From IMG/VR virus record IMGVR_UViG_3300037400_003286: DNA of 64,000 bases. The stretch is one strand, 5' to 3'. This document shows positions 1-10,106 of the stretch, piece after piece. The notes beneath the pieces are model-generated. The model was not told where the DNA came from, did not search any database, and saw nothing but the letters and a program-made list of their open reading frames with translations. A program made the position numbers and the translations under genes. Within the stretch, counting starts at the first letter, position 1; every line of letters begins with the position of its first letter. Origin of the DNA: a virus. Lineage: Duplodnaviria; Caudoviricetes.

Positions 1-1668
1 GGATCTTCTGGAACCAGGGCTGGTGTGACATTTTACGGCTCAAAATCTCAAGATACACAAACATCAAACACAATAACATTTAAATTAAATAACGAAAACG
101 TAACAATAGATAATCAATATGGAAATATATTAAATCCAGCAATAAATGATTTTATTGTTTATGCTGATAACAATATAACATATTTGTTATCGATTGTTGA
201 TATATTAGAAAGTGTATGTTATACTAATGTTGTTGATTCGTGGAATACTCAATCACAGTCATCTGGTCAGCAGCAAACAGACATATCAACAATATCTTTG
301 GATATTGCATGTAATGCTTCAGATAGTCAGGATTATATAGGATATAAAAAATTTATATCAACATCAGTAATCTCTGATATTAATAATCTAGAAACAGCAG
401 AATACACTGGAACAAATGATATAAATGTATTAAAAATGCATTCATCTTGTGCATTTACATTTACAATATCATCAATTAATGAATATCCTATAGGAAATTA
501 TAAAATAGTTATAGAATTTATAACGGATTGGTCTTCACCAGCTATGGATACAAGAATAGCTAAAAAATTTCAAACTCCAAAACTATATAGTGGATTAAAT
601 GAATATGATGAAGACGATGAAGTAACTCAATATCAAACTTTCAGAGGATATTTTTCTAATTATTCATGTAAAGGAATAAGCAATGACGACGCATATACAG
701 ATATATGTTCAGAATGTGGCAATACTGTTAAATTCATGTTAAGTAACGGTAAGATGATAACATCTTGCCCAACATGTAAAAATGTCGTTGTTCTCGATGA
801 TTTAAATCCAAAAAATGCATCCGAAAATTTTGATGATGAAAAATTGGATAATTTTGTTATGACAGTTAAAGATTACAACCAAGGTATTGGTAATATGTCA
901 TATAAATCAACAATATATATTCAAAAAGATGTTATTATAAATGCAATCGAGAAGAATCATCCATATAAATGTAACATGTATATTTACGTTAATGGTATAA
1001 ATGGTTCAAAGGAAAAGGTTTGGATGAGAGATTTATCAACACTTATTAACAATACTGTTAAATTAAGTGACAATGATATATACGATGATTATAAATCAAC
1101 ACAAACAGATGGTGGTTCAATCATAATACCAGAGGAACCAGACTTACCTATCATTATACCAGATATTACAACATATCCTGGAACTAGACACGCTGGACAA
1201 GATTCTAATATGATTTATCTCTATAATACATCAGAATCTTTACAGCCACGTCGTGCTCAATTTGTAGAAGATGAAGATATTCTTATAGATGATGATTATG
1301 TTCAAAATGATCCAGATACATTAATGTCATATAACGACAATGTATATGTTGATAATATAACGATTCAGAGATTTGCTGGTGCAAATAACTGGTGTAAATG
1401 TACATATGATGCAGCAACACACACAGTAACATATAAAGCTCTTTCTCAAAACCCAACAACATCAGTAAGAAAAGCTTACTTTATACACACAACAACGGAT
1501 GAAAGACTTGCTAGAGGTCCTCATACTGGTGATCTTGCTATGTCGCAATGGACTGTTACAGTACAACAAGCAGCTAAAGCTAGTTCTAGTAGTGGAGGAG
1601 GTGGAGGAGGACACGTACAACCATATGTTAGGATAGAAGATAATGATGATATATATATTATTGAATAA
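1..1668 (+). CDS. Partial (5'-truncated) virion surface/fibre-like protein with a CxxC..CxxC Zn-ribbon and a C-terminal BACON-like Ig domain
   Basis: Frame is open from base 1. Contains CSECG...CPTC. NWCKCTYD..TVTYKALSQNPTTSVRKAYF...WTVTVQQAA resembles the BACON pattern (W..N..R..V.Q). Confidence 0.5.
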   Translation, partial: GSSGTRAGVTFYGSKSQDTQTSNTITFKLNNENVTIDNQYGNILNPAINDFIVYADNNITYLLSIVDILESVCYTNVVDSWNTQSQSSGQQQTDISTISLDIACNASDSQDYIGYKKFISTSVISDINNLETAEYTGTNDINVLKMHSSCAFTFTISSINEYPIGNYKIVIEFITDWSSPAMDTRIAKKFQTPKLYSGLNEYDEDDEVTQYQTFRGYFSNYSCKGISNDDAYTDICSECGNTVKFMLSNGKMITSCPTCKNVVVLDDLNPKNASENFDDEKLDNFVMTVKDYNQGIGNMSYKSTIYIQKDVIINAIEKNHPYKCNMYIYVNGINGSKEKVWMRDLSTLINNTVKLSDNDIYDDYKSTQTDGGSIIIPEEPDLPIIIPDITTYPGTRHAGQDSNMIYLYNTSESLQPRRAQFVEDEDILIDDDYVQNDPDTLMSYNDNVYVDNITIQRFAGANNWCKCTYDAATHTVTYKALSQNPTTSVRKAYFIHTTTDERLARGPHTGDLAMSQWTVTVQQAAKASSSSGGGGGGHVQPYVRIEDNDDIYIIE

Positions 1669-1672
1669 AATA

Positions 1673-1700
1673 AAAAGGTTGGAATTATTTTCCAACCTTT
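1673..1700. terminator. Bidirectional intrinsic terminator between convergent genes
   Basis: aaaggttggaa-ttatt-ttccaaccttt inverted repeat flanked by A and T runs. Confidence 0.7.
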
Positions 1701-2650
1701 CTTTTTTGTTCAAGGAATCTATGAAAGACATCGAATACATTCTGTCCACTTGCTGATATAAACAGCGTATGTCTTGAATTCTTCTTATCAACAAGCACAT
1801 CCTTCATCTTCAGTCCGATATATGTAAATGGATTGTTCTCGACATATTCTGTAAGTTTTATCATCTTGTCACAATCCTTCTTTCTCCATTCATTATCATC
1901 CCAGGAGTATCCAGAATATGTCTCGTTGGGTGGTACTGTCTTTACACGGGTTCCTATGTTGTATTTCTGTGGCTTCAATTCATCGTTCACTTCATAGTCT
2001 GGAAGATAAGTGTATGAAAGCATATACAAGCTTTTATAATACTCAGGACCAGCATAATCGATATAGCAGCAACCTATAAGGCAATCATCAACATGATCCA
2101 CACCATCACGAAGTTTCATGTTCCAATCACTATAAAGGAATTTCATTGCATTATCCAGAATACCTTTCATTACGTTCTTATCGAAAATCATAAGATCTCC
2201 ACGAGCATAAAGGTCATCACAATATGCGCAGTTCAAATTTACATAACTGTTAAGTGCGTTACCATACATACTGTTCGGTTTGAATGTCGCAATAGCGGCA
2301 TCAAGAAGATCAATATTCAACCACATAGAAATATTCATACGAACATACCAGTCACACTCATTATTCCTATAAATGTAATCAAAAGCCTTTATTGACTTCT
2401 CGAATGTACGATAAATGCTTTCTTCCTCCTTAACCTCAATAAATTTAAGGTTAGGATATTTTGTTGAATCTGAAACCTTTACTTCCTCTTCCATTCCTTC
2501 ACCACCAGACCAATAGAAATAGAAGTCGTATTCATGCTTAAATCTTTCCTTGTGTTCATTCTGATACTTTACGAGTGTATTCTGTATAGCATCAAGATTT
2601 CTTGTGGACGGCTCTACATTAGCAGCCATCACCATAATTGCAATCTTCAT
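1685..2650 (-). CDS. Putative GT-A fold glycosyltransferase (galactosyltransferase/GT31-like)
   Basis: KSIKAFDYI..DWYVRMNIS, YARGDLMIF and HVDD motifs; adjacent to a second glycosyltransferase. Confidence 0.5.
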   Translation of the reverse strand: MKIAIMVMAANVEPSTRNLDAIQNTLVKYQNEHKERFKHEYDFYFYWSGGEGMEEEVKVSDSTKYPNLKFIEVKEEESIYRTFEKSIKAFDYIYRNNECDWYVRMNISMWLNIDLLDAAIATFKPNSMYGNALNSYVNLNCAYCDDLYARGDLMIFDKNVMKGILDNAMKFLYSDWNMKLRDGVDHVDDCLIGCCYIDYAGPEYYKSLYMLSYTYLPDYEVNDELKPQKYNIGTRVKTVPPNETYSGYSWDDNEWRKKDCDKMIKLTEYVENNPFTYIGLKMKDVLVDKKNSRHTLFISASGQNVFDVFHRFLEQKRKVGK

Positions 2651-2653
2651 ATC

Positions 2654-3508
2654 TTAAATCTCTGTTAAATTGTACTTTGGGTTAATATATTGCTTAGGTA
2701 ATCTATTTACGACAACTTCATAATTAGGTGTGTTGAACATTATAATAGCATTCTGTCCTTCCTTGTAATTATTGTATCTGTCAAGAATTCTTTCTCTCAA
2801 TCCTACAGCATTATCGAAATATTTTCTTGATGACCAGTTATCTATCTTTGATCTTATATCCTGTCTGATCCATGATAGATGGTGCATCTTTACAGTACCG
2901 AAACTTAAAATGCTATAGAATTCACCTTCCTGTGTTATCATGTATCTTCTCGTAGGATCAGAAGGTTTATCGAAACTCCCATGCTTGAAATTAAACCTGT
3001 AATGACTTTCTGTTATAAATGGAACATAACAAAGGAAAGGCCACACCATAAGATGTCTGTAGTCCCTATAATAATTAATATACTGACAGTAAGAAATCTT
3101 TATCTTATCTGTCCTGTCTATAATATCCTTAGCTCTTGCAAAATCCTCTCTGTCGTAGAATTCATCGCTGTCTATTACCATGCTGTGAGAACATCCCTTT
3201 TCTCTCTCAAGATAATCCAGGATGAAATTTCTCTTATCAGTCTCAACGAATCTCGGAGAATGATTTCCCTCATCTTCATGCATGTTTTCTGGTGTAAACC
3301 ATATGACATCATCGACAAGGTTTTCTTCGACAAGGAATTTTACATGATCAATAACTTTAGGATTAATAGGTATTCCATAATATGACTCGTTCTGCAAACA
3401 CACCACGATTTCATCACAAAGTGGTCTAACCTCTGTCAGCATGTTTCTCAGATGACACACATCATCAAATACGATAATTCCGTATCCAAGCTTTGTAATC
3501 TTACTCAT
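2654..3508 (-). CDS. Putative GT2-like glycosyltransferase
   Basis: DEIVV, KRN, DxD motif in IDSDEFY, C-terminal MHHLSWIR. Confidence 0.6.
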   Translation of the reverse strand: MSKITKLGYGIIVFDDVCHLRNMLTEVRPLCDEIVVCLQNESYYGIPINPKVIDHVKFLVEENLVDDVIWFTPENMHEDEGNHSPRFVETDKRNFILDYLEREKGCSHSMVIDSDEFYDREDFARAKDIIDRTDKIKISYCQYINYYRDYRHLMVWPFLCYVPFITESHYRFNFKHGSFDKPSDPTRRYMITQEGEFYSILSFGTVKMHHLSWIRQDIRSKIDNWSSRKYFDNAVGLRERILDRYNNYKEGQNAIIMFNTPNYEVVVNRLPKQYINPKYNLTEI

Positions 3509-3514
3509 TCTCGA

Positions 3515-3703
3515 TTATTCGTGAAACTTTACGATATATGGTTTGTGTGATTTTGTATCTACTATTGTGAAATCGTTACTATTCTCGTTAAACTTATCTG
3601 ATGGGAAATTGAAATAGTTTCCCTCTGGTGTAATTACGAAAAAATCGTTGCTGTCCATTTCAACATCAGCATACAAAACATCGTTCTGTTCATTATCCAA
3701 CAT
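3515..3703 (-). CDS. Hypothetical protein, first gene of the glycosyltransferase operon
   Basis: 62 aa ORF directly downstream of a class II promoter and co-oriented with the GT genes. Confidence 0.6.
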   Translation of the reverse strand: MLDNEQNDVLYADVEMDSNDFFVITPEGNYFNFPSDKFNENSNDFTIVDTKSHKPYIVKFHE

Positions 3704-3723
3704 TTCAATTAAATAAGTTTTCC

Positions 3724-3760
3724 TTTATATTATTATACGGTAAATAAACGAAAACGATTA
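3724..3760 (-). promoter_or_regulatory. Class II (phage-specific, putative middle) promoter TAATCGTT-N13-CGTATAATAATATAAA
   Basis: One of five copies with identical 21 nt offset between the two elements. Confidence 0.75.
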
Positions 3761-3930
3761 AAAAAGGAGGCAACAAATATTGCCTCCAACAAATTCCTAT
3801 GAAAAAAGTAATTGTAAACAGCTGGATACACGAAAGATGTCGTAGCTTTAGCCAAGGATTAATCCTAGGACATGGTGCGTTTACGAGCACTCTTACATCA
3901 TCTGTTGTAAATACAACATTTGATTTGCGT
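3761..3930 (-). ncRNA. Candidate structured non-coding RNA ending in an intrinsic terminator
   Basis: Several hairpins (3852-3869, 3875-3890, 3903-3918), possible enclosing GATGT/ACATC pairing, terminator ggaggcaa...ttgcctcc followed by a T run; no credible ORF. Confidence 0.35.
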
Positions 3931-3960
3931 TATATATTATATATCTTAATTTTGAAAATT

Positions 3961-4029
3961 AAAAAAATGAATTGCCGCGATTCCTATGCGGCACTGAAGA
4001 TATAGCGTTTCCTCGCGCATTTATTTATG
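3961..4029 (-). ncRNA. Candidate ~55 nt late small RNA (ATAAATA promoter, GC-rich body, terminator)
   Basis: CATAAATA at 4022-4029 (minus strand), then gcgcgaggaaacgc..., hairpin tgccgc-N9-gcggca and T7. Confidence 0.3.
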
Positions 4030-4053
4030 AAAAAGTTCAAAGAGAACCTTGTT

Positions 4054-4560
4054 TTACTTAAAAGTTGCAAGATACTTCCATTTTCCAATATTATGTGTCA
4101 TATCCTCAAGTTCGTTAACAATACCACTGTAAAGCTTATCATTCTCAAGACAAGCACACAACTGAATCACAGCTTCATGAAGCTCACAAAGAAGCGGACT
4201 AAGCTCAACCTGGTTTGTCATTGTAGGAACAACAGCACCAACCTGGATTCTGAATCCACAAACACCCATCAGATCCTCAGCAATATTATCCTCGAATTCC
4301 TCAAGTGATGATATAATGTCGTCAGTCAACAGATGTTTTGAATTTCTCTCTGCAACCCAATGTAACTCTCTCAGTCTGATTCTAACGCCTTCTATGTATT
4401 TTATGAAATCAAGAACAGCTTCCTGTGGTGTAACAACCTCTTCCTCTACAGCATTCTGTTTGTTAGCAATAGCCATTATAGCTGTAGCAATTGCATCTGT
4501 ACCATACTTATCTTCCAGGCTCTCAAGAAGCATTCTATCTTGTCTACGTATTCTTTTCAT
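4054..4560 (-). CDS. Ferritin/Dps-like protein with an N-terminal LLES leader
   Basis: LRELHW..H..D...EDNIAE Dps-like metal ligands in a four-helix pattern; late promoter GATAAATA at 4586-4593. Confidence 0.7.
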   Translation of the reverse strand: MKRIRRQDRMLLESLEDKYGTDAIATAIMAIANKQNAVEEEVVTPQEAVLDFIKYIEGVRIRLRELHWVAERNSKHLLTDDIISSLEEFEDNIAEDLMGVCGFRIQVGAVVPTMTNQVELSPLLCELHEAVIQLCACLENDKLYSGIVNELEDMTHNIGKWKYLATFK

Positions 4561-4603
4561 CTTGATAAAACCAAAATCATTTTAGTATTTATCTCGAAAA
4601 CGT

Positions 4604-6175
4604 TCAACTAAATAGACTCTTTTGAGTTAGATCGACATTGAATGTGTTACAAGGGAATCCTCTTTTGTTGTATATGTCTATTCTTTCCATTCCATGCTTG
4701 AAAAGATAATTCTCTTCATAATATCCTCCACCGAATCTGAAATCATCAACAAAGTCAATCATTATAGTCTTGTCCTTTCCCTCGAATTTACGCATACCAC
4801 GACCAAGGATCTGTGCAAGAATTGTATCTGACTTTGTTGTCTCAACCAAGAATATATTCCACATATTAGCAATATCAATACCCTCTGAGAAACATCCCAT
4901 AGAAGCAATTATAATTGTATTTCCAGTAAGATCATCTTCCATAGCCTGTTTCATTTCATCACGAGCATTCGTGTTAGTGTTACCGTCAATATAGAAACAT
5001 GTCTTGTCTGTTGCTTCCCTAACCCTGTCATATATTCTTCTTCCGTATCCATTTTCAACATCAGAGAATATAACAAGAGTATTCTTGGTTGTCTTGCCAA
5101 TCATATCACATATGTAACTTAGTCTGAGTGTGCTATCCCTGGCAATCTCCCTTTCCTTTGCCAATATCTTGTTTCCTATCGTTGGATCATCTGATTTACT
5201 GACAGATCTTATCTTGTAAAGACCTTCAAGCGTCTCATAATCCAAATATCTCAGGAAAAACGAGTTTATATAAACTGGAGTAGCTGATTTCTTTGTCTCA
5301 ATGAGTTCGTAGCTTGGAAGTCTGAACACAACAGGTCCAACATAAGATGCAAGTACAAAGCTCTCATATGAATCATCATCTGGATATGTACCAGTCATTC
5401 CTATCTTATACTGAGCATTGACACACTTTCTTACGATCTTTCTTATACTGGGAGATGTAGCATGGTGACACTCATCTATAATAACAGCATCGAATTTCTC
5501 AAAGAAATCATTACTCTTTCTACAAAGAGACTGATAGTTACCGAAAATTATATTTTCGTCGTAAGACTCTTTTTTCTTGGCCTTAGCATGAACCTCGCTA
5601 TAAGTCCAATCAGTAAGCATTTGATTCGTCTGATCATACTCTACAAATTTATTTGCCGATTGCGTTGTAAGATTTGTCTTTGGTGTGATGAACAAAATAT
5701 GATTGAAATGAAGAAAATCCTTCATGAATCTGAAAAGCATGTAAGCCATCAGCGTCTTACCTCCAGACGTTGAAACCTCTACACAACATCTCATGAATTC
5801 AATCATCTTGAACACACCATCGATCTGATAGTCTCTTGGAGTCATCTTTGAGTTCTGGAACAATCCATTAATGTACTCCTTGAAAGTATCATATGATATA
5901 TTAGGATTTCTTATCTTCTTATCAAAATCATCAATAAATGCTATCTGATAACTGAATCTCTTGCAAGCATTTATCAGTTCTATCCACAATCCAACAGGAA
6001 TAAGACCGAAGTTGTTCATAAAATTCTCTTCAACTACGGCATTAGGATTCTTGCTCTTAATAATGAACCATGATGGTATCTTCTTCGTAAAGCACAACCT
6101 AAGTTGTCTTAACTCGATGACATCACCTTCTACAAGTATCCAATTCTTATCTTCTGTTAATCTCGCTGTAAGCAA
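4604..6175 (-). CDS. uvsW: UvsW-like SF2 DNA helicase
   Basis: PRDYQ, STSGGKT (Walker A), IIDECH, GMTGT, FSEGIDI, QILGRGMR. Confidence 0.9.
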   Translation of the reverse strand: MLTARLTEDKNWILVEGDVIELRQLRLCFTKKIPSWFIIKSKNPNAVVEENFMNNFGLIPVGLWIELINACKRFSYQIAFIDDFDKKIRNPNISYDTFKEYINGLFQNSKMTPRDYQIDGVFKMIEFMRCCVEVSTSGGKTLMAYMLFRFMKDFLHFNHILFITPKTNLTTQSANKFVEYDQTNQMLTDWTYSEVHAKAKKKESYDENIIFGNYQSLCRKSNDFFEKFDAVIIDECHHATSPSIRKIVRKCVNAQYKIGMTGTYPDDDSYESFVLASYVGPVVFRLPSYELIETKKSATPVYINSFFLRYLDYETLEGLYKIRSVSKSDDPTIGNKILAKEREIARDSTLRLSYICDMIGKTTKNTLVIFSDVENGYGRRIYDRVREATDKTCFYIDGNTNTNARDEMKQAMEDDLTGNTIIIASMGCFSEGIDIANMWNIFLVETTKSDTILAQILGRGMRKFEGKDKTIMIDFVDDFRFGGGYYEENYLFKHGMERIDIYNKRGFPCNTFNVDLTQKSLFS

Positions 6176-6215
6176 TATTATTTTCTTCTTTCTGTTTTCT
6201 AACTATTTATCCTTT

Positions 6216-6229
6216 TGCAAATATACAAC
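6216..6229 (-). promoter_or_regulatory. Class I Bacteroidota sigmaA-type promoter element GTTGTATATTTGCA; tandem late promoter at 6204-6211
   Basis: Contains TAnnTTTG; identical 14-mer at 44283, 51930 and 56958. Confidence 0.75.
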
Positions 6230-6286
6230 AAAAATTTCGGCTACAAAAATAACATATACAAAAAATGAGCGAAATGCCTTATATTA

Positions 6287-6294
6287 GATAAATA
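6287..6294 (+). promoter_or_regulatory. Late promoter GATAAATA (T4 TATAAATA-like) for the neck/baseplate operon
   Basis: NATAAATA recurs about 20-70 nt upstream of more than 15 gene starts in the window; a gp55 homolog is present. Confidence 0.8.
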
Positions 6295-6313
6295 GTGAAA
6301 GAAATTACGAAAA

Positions 6314-7852
6314 ATGTCAGTAATAAATGATGTTACATCAATACAAGAGGCTGCAACGAAATTCGTAAGCGATATTCTGGGAGGTCTCAATACAGCAGCT
6401 ACACAAATAGCTGGTGTTGATGTTATGTGGTTCAGACTTCAGCCAGACAAGCGTTCACAAGATGTTATATTCCAGTCTTATACGCTTTATGGTGTTGAGG
6501 ACTGTCCTCTGTCGTTGAAAGCAATGTACGCTGATAACAGCTATGATGATGCAGCAATAACATATAATATCATGGGTATAAACTTCAACGTTCCTATGAC
6601 ACTTGATATTGCACTAAATACATGGAATGAAGCTACTGGAAACGACGGAACAATACCACAGAAAGGTGACATAGTTTTCATACCGATGACAAGAAAGCTT
6701 ATGGAGGTAGTAAGTATGCAACCAGTAAAGCAGCTTGGTGGACAGCTTACATCCTACAAAGTTAATCTTTCAATATATACACCTACAAGAAACAGGATTG
6801 TTGGGGAACAACTCAAGGAAAGCATCGAAAACAACACAACCAATCTTATGGAAAGATTCGGTGAGGATATTCATAAAAATGTCGAGGATATTGTTGATGA
6901 TAACCAGCTTTCACTATTCGATTCGACATCAAAGGATAAACAGAAGAAAGTTACTCCAACAAACACAAGCGAAACAATAATGCTTGATGTAAGGACAATT
7001 ATATCATACGATCTTATAATTGACGGACACACAGTAGCAAGAAACTACTATAATCTTGATTCTCCATCTAAGCATATTGTAGATTATAAGGAACACGATA
7101 TTGTTTCAACAGAAAACGAAAGATGCCTGTCTTGTTGGTTCAAGATAAACGATACAAAGAACACCGCTATCAAAAACATAAAAGACGGTATTATTGTATC
7201 TAAGGAAAATGGTGAATATTTTATAGATACATCTGTTGGAAGCAAATTTGCAAAGGATGAGAATGTTGTGATAAAGAGAGGATCTATTGTTATTCCTGGT
7301 GTTGTTGTAAACGAATCAAGAATAAAAGTAAACGGAGATCTTATAACGAAGATTAACAAATCTGTTCCTGGTTGGAAAAATATGCCAGGATATGCTATCA
7401 CATCAGACAGTGTAATAGGATTGCTGAACAGCGATGTTTTCAATGTTTCTGTCAAGGGTGGTAAGATGATTTCAATATCTACATCAGATGAAGAAGCTCT
7501 CATCACAATGACAGAAGACATAAAGACAGAAAAATGGTATGGTGTTATCGTTAACTTCGGTGATGACTTCAGTGTTGACTTATATACAACAGTTGACGAC
7601 AAACTTACAAACATATCATCAGTTTCTGGAATAAGTAATGAGATTTATGAAAGTGTTGAAATAGATCATTATTACATCAACTCATCAAATGGTGCATTGA
7701 CAAACATCAGATTATATAATACTTTCAACAGAGAAATAGACAAACAACTAACGGATTTGGTATCTTATAACATCAGAAATGATCATAATGCTATCATTAA
7801 TGACAGTGCAGATACTTATCTGAATAAAGAATATAAGGGTAGACAAAGATAA
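6314..7852 (+). CDS. gp14-like neck protein with a C-terminal LamG-like beta domain
   Basis: GVDVMWF and PQKGDIVFIPMTRKLMEV resemble T4 gp14 motifs; C-terminal KWYGVIVN and LTNIRLYN. Confidence 0.6.
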   Translation: MSVINDVTSIQEAATKFVSDILGGLNTAATQIAGVDVMWFRLQPDKRSQDVIFQSYTLYGVEDCPLSLKAMYADNSYDDAAITYNIMGINFNVPMTLDIALNTWNEATGNDGTIPQKGDIVFIPMTRKLMEVVSMQPVKQLGGQLTSYKVNLSIYTPTRNRIVGEQLKESIENNTTNLMERFGEDIHKNVEDIVDDNQLSLFDSTSKDKQKKVTPTNTSETIMLDVRTIISYDLIIDGHTVARNYYNLDSPSKHIVDYKEHDIVSTENERCLSCWFKINDTKNTAIKNIKDGIIVSKENGEYFIDTSVGSKFAKDENVVIKRGSIVIPGVVVNESRIKVNGDLITKINKSVPGWKNMPGYAITSDSVIGLLNSDVFNVSVKGGKMISISTSDEEALITMTEDIKTEKWYGVIVNFGDDFSVDLYTTVDDKLTNISSVSGISNEIYESVEIDHYYINSSNGALTNIRLYNTFNREIDKQLTDLVSYNIRNDHNAIINDSADTYLNKEYKGRQR

Positions 7853-10089
7853 TGGGTGATGACGATAAAATTTACAACGGTGGAAGTATTAATGAAGTAA
7901 CAGTTACTGGTACAGCACCTGCTACCGATGTTAGTAGAGAACAAGAAAAATTCATTAACGAAGGAAGAATGAATCTATTCGATACAAGATTGTATCGAAC
8001 TCTTGTGCTATATAATGAACAGATAAAACATGATCAGGTATTCTATCCACACTTCGACTATGGTTCATATGTCATGGACTTCCATGAAACAACAACCTCT
8101 GTCGAAAGAATGATCGAGGAAACTAATGAAAAAGAACAGCCAAAGGTTAAACAAGGTCTCGAAAAAAGAAAAGATTATATTGACACGTTTGTTAAAGAAA
8201 ACGAAAACAAATATCTTGCTGCTCGTTCATTCATTCACCCTTATGCTCTTGTTAGACTTGCTGGTGCTCATGGTAGTCCAAATGTTGTAGCAAAATTCTT
8301 AACATACGACCAATATAACAAAAGAAGATTCTATGAAATTGATGGTGATCCAGAATATGCTGGAAATTATTCAAGAACACCTACAACAACCACACTTATA
8401 AAATGGGGTAATGAATCAGAAAGAGGAAAGACACCATATTCTTTCCAAGATTTTGTATTCTGTAAATGGTGGAATAAAATAGAAAACAATAGAATGATAA
8501 CGCTTAGACGTTATGCTGCACCAGTAACAGATAATATAGAATTCTCAGATTATGTTGTAAGTGAAGCAGCTTCAACTGGAGATGATAGCGGAACATTTCA
8601 AGTAACCGTAAAAGAAGGTGACAGAGAAGTAGTTAAGAATTATTCTGGTAGAAACAGTACAAACCCTTGGACACCTCTTGCTACAGCCGTTACATATTTC
8701 GGAGAAGGAACTGGAAATGATCTATCTGATATAATGACATTCAGTGCTCACTACAACTGGGCTGAAGTAAAAGCTGAAAAATCTCCTATAGATATAACAG
8801 CACAACAAAATGACGCTGGTAATGGATTAGTTAGTGATGACTTTAGTGGAATATCAAGTGGTCTTGGTACTATAGCTAAATTTATGGGATTCTTAGGTGA
8901 AGCTACAGGCGGAAGAACCATTAATCTTGATGGCGCTCCAAATAACGTTCCACCAGATCCTTATAAAGACGGTCCATACGAAAACAGAATTCTCGGTCCA
9001 ATAAATGTAATAATGAATACAGTAAGACGTGAAAGAGGACTTGAATTCAAACAGGATGGATTGAAAATTACATTCGATTATGTTGCAAGACCTATTGCTG
9101 GTATAAACAGCAAGGCTGTATTACTTGACTTAATGTCAAATATTCTTATTCTTACATATTCTTCTGGCTCGTGGTTTGGTGGTATGTGGAGATTTAAGGC
9201 TATGGGAAATCCAGCCGTATATCCCTGGAAATATGGAGATGCAATGAATAAACTTTATCGTGGTGAGATTTTTGGTAAAAACGGTGCTGTAATGACACTT
9301 ACAAAACACGTATTCTCTGATGGTAAGAATTATCTTTCATCGTTCCTTCCAGATGCAGCTAAATTCATTTCAAACTTGTTCAAAGGAGCAATTGATGCAA
9401 TATACGGAGTTATTACTGGTAAGGACGAAAGAACACAAAGAGCAGCAATAGAGTTCCAAAATGTATTGGGTACTGGTACAGCCAAAGCTATTCAGAAAGT
9501 TATAGCAGCTAAAGCTATGAAAGGAACAACAGTTCCATACATTCAAAATCAAAGAGCTTTGCTTACTGGTGAACCTGTTGGTGACTGGCATTTAACAATA
9601 GGAAATCCTCTTAATCCAATAGCAATGATAGGAAACCTTATCGTCAAGGATGTTACTTTTAAATGGAGTAACGAACTTGGCCCAGATGATTTTCCTATCG
9701 GATTCACAGCAGAGATAACATTAGATCACGGATTAGGACGAGATAGAGATGCAATCGAATCAATGTTCAACAGAGGTTTCGGTAGAATCTATACACTATC
9801 AAAACATTTCAGATCGTCAGCAGACGGAGAAACTAAAGTTGATGCTTATACTGGTGGACAGAACACTAAAAACGGACGTGTTAAATATAATGAAATAAGA
9901 AGCACATATTTCGGTGGCGGAACTAGATTCATAGCTAAGACACAACATTCAGCACTTAGAAATACTGGTGTTATATACACTGGTGCAACAAATGATATAG
10001 CATCGTTGAAACCAACCAACACAATAATGTCAAACCAAACAGTTTCGTCATACTATGTAAATACTTGGCAAATGGGTATGAATATGTAA
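7852..10089 (+). CDS. Baseplate/tail-tube-initiator-like structural protein
   Basis: Lies in the late baseplate operon upstream of the gp53-like gene; C-terminal beta region WHLTIGNPLNPIAMIGNLIVKDVTF. Confidence 0.45.
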   Translation: MGDDDKIYNGGSINEVTVTGTAPATDVSREQEKFINEGRMNLFDTRLYRTLVLYNEQIKHDQVFYPHFDYGSYVMDFHETTTSVERMIEETNEKEQPKVKQGLEKRKDYIDTFVKENENKYLAARSFIHPYALVRLAGAHGSPNVVAKFLTYDQYNKRRFYEIDGDPEYAGNYSRTPTTTTLIKWGNESERGKTPYSFQDFVFCKWWNKIENNRMITLRRYAAPVTDNIEFSDYVVSEAASTGDDSGTFQVTVKEGDREVVKNYSGRNSTNPWTPLATAVTYFGEGTGNDLSDIMTFSAHYNWAEVKAEKSPIDITAQQNDAGNGLVSDDFSGISSGLGTIAKFMGFLGEATGGRTINLDGAPNNVPPDPYKDGPYENRILGPINVIMNTVRRERGLEFKQDGLKITFDYVARPIAGINSKAVLLDLMSNILILTYSSGSWFGGMWRFKAMGNPAVYPWKYGDAMNKLYRGEIFGKNGAVMTLTKHVFSDGKNYLSSFLPDAAKFISNLFKGAIDAIYGVITGKDERTQRAAIEFQNVLGTGTAKAIQKVIAAKAMKGTTVPYIQNQRALLTGEPVGDWHLTIGNPLNPIAMIGNLIVKDVTFKWSNELGPDDFPIGFTAEITLDHGLGRDRDAIESMFNRGFGRIYTLSKHFRSSADGETKVDAYTGGQNTKNGRVKYNEIRSTYFGGGTRFIAKTQHSALRNTGVIYTGATNDIASLKPTNTIMSNQTVSSYYVNTWQMGMNM

Positions 10090-10106
10090 AAATAAGTTTA
10101 ATCAAT

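Noticed and set aside
3705-4005. ORFs 3705-3890 (-) and 3799-4005 (+)
   Set aside because: They overlap a promoter, a terminator and hairpins and have atypical composition; the region is more likely non-coding.
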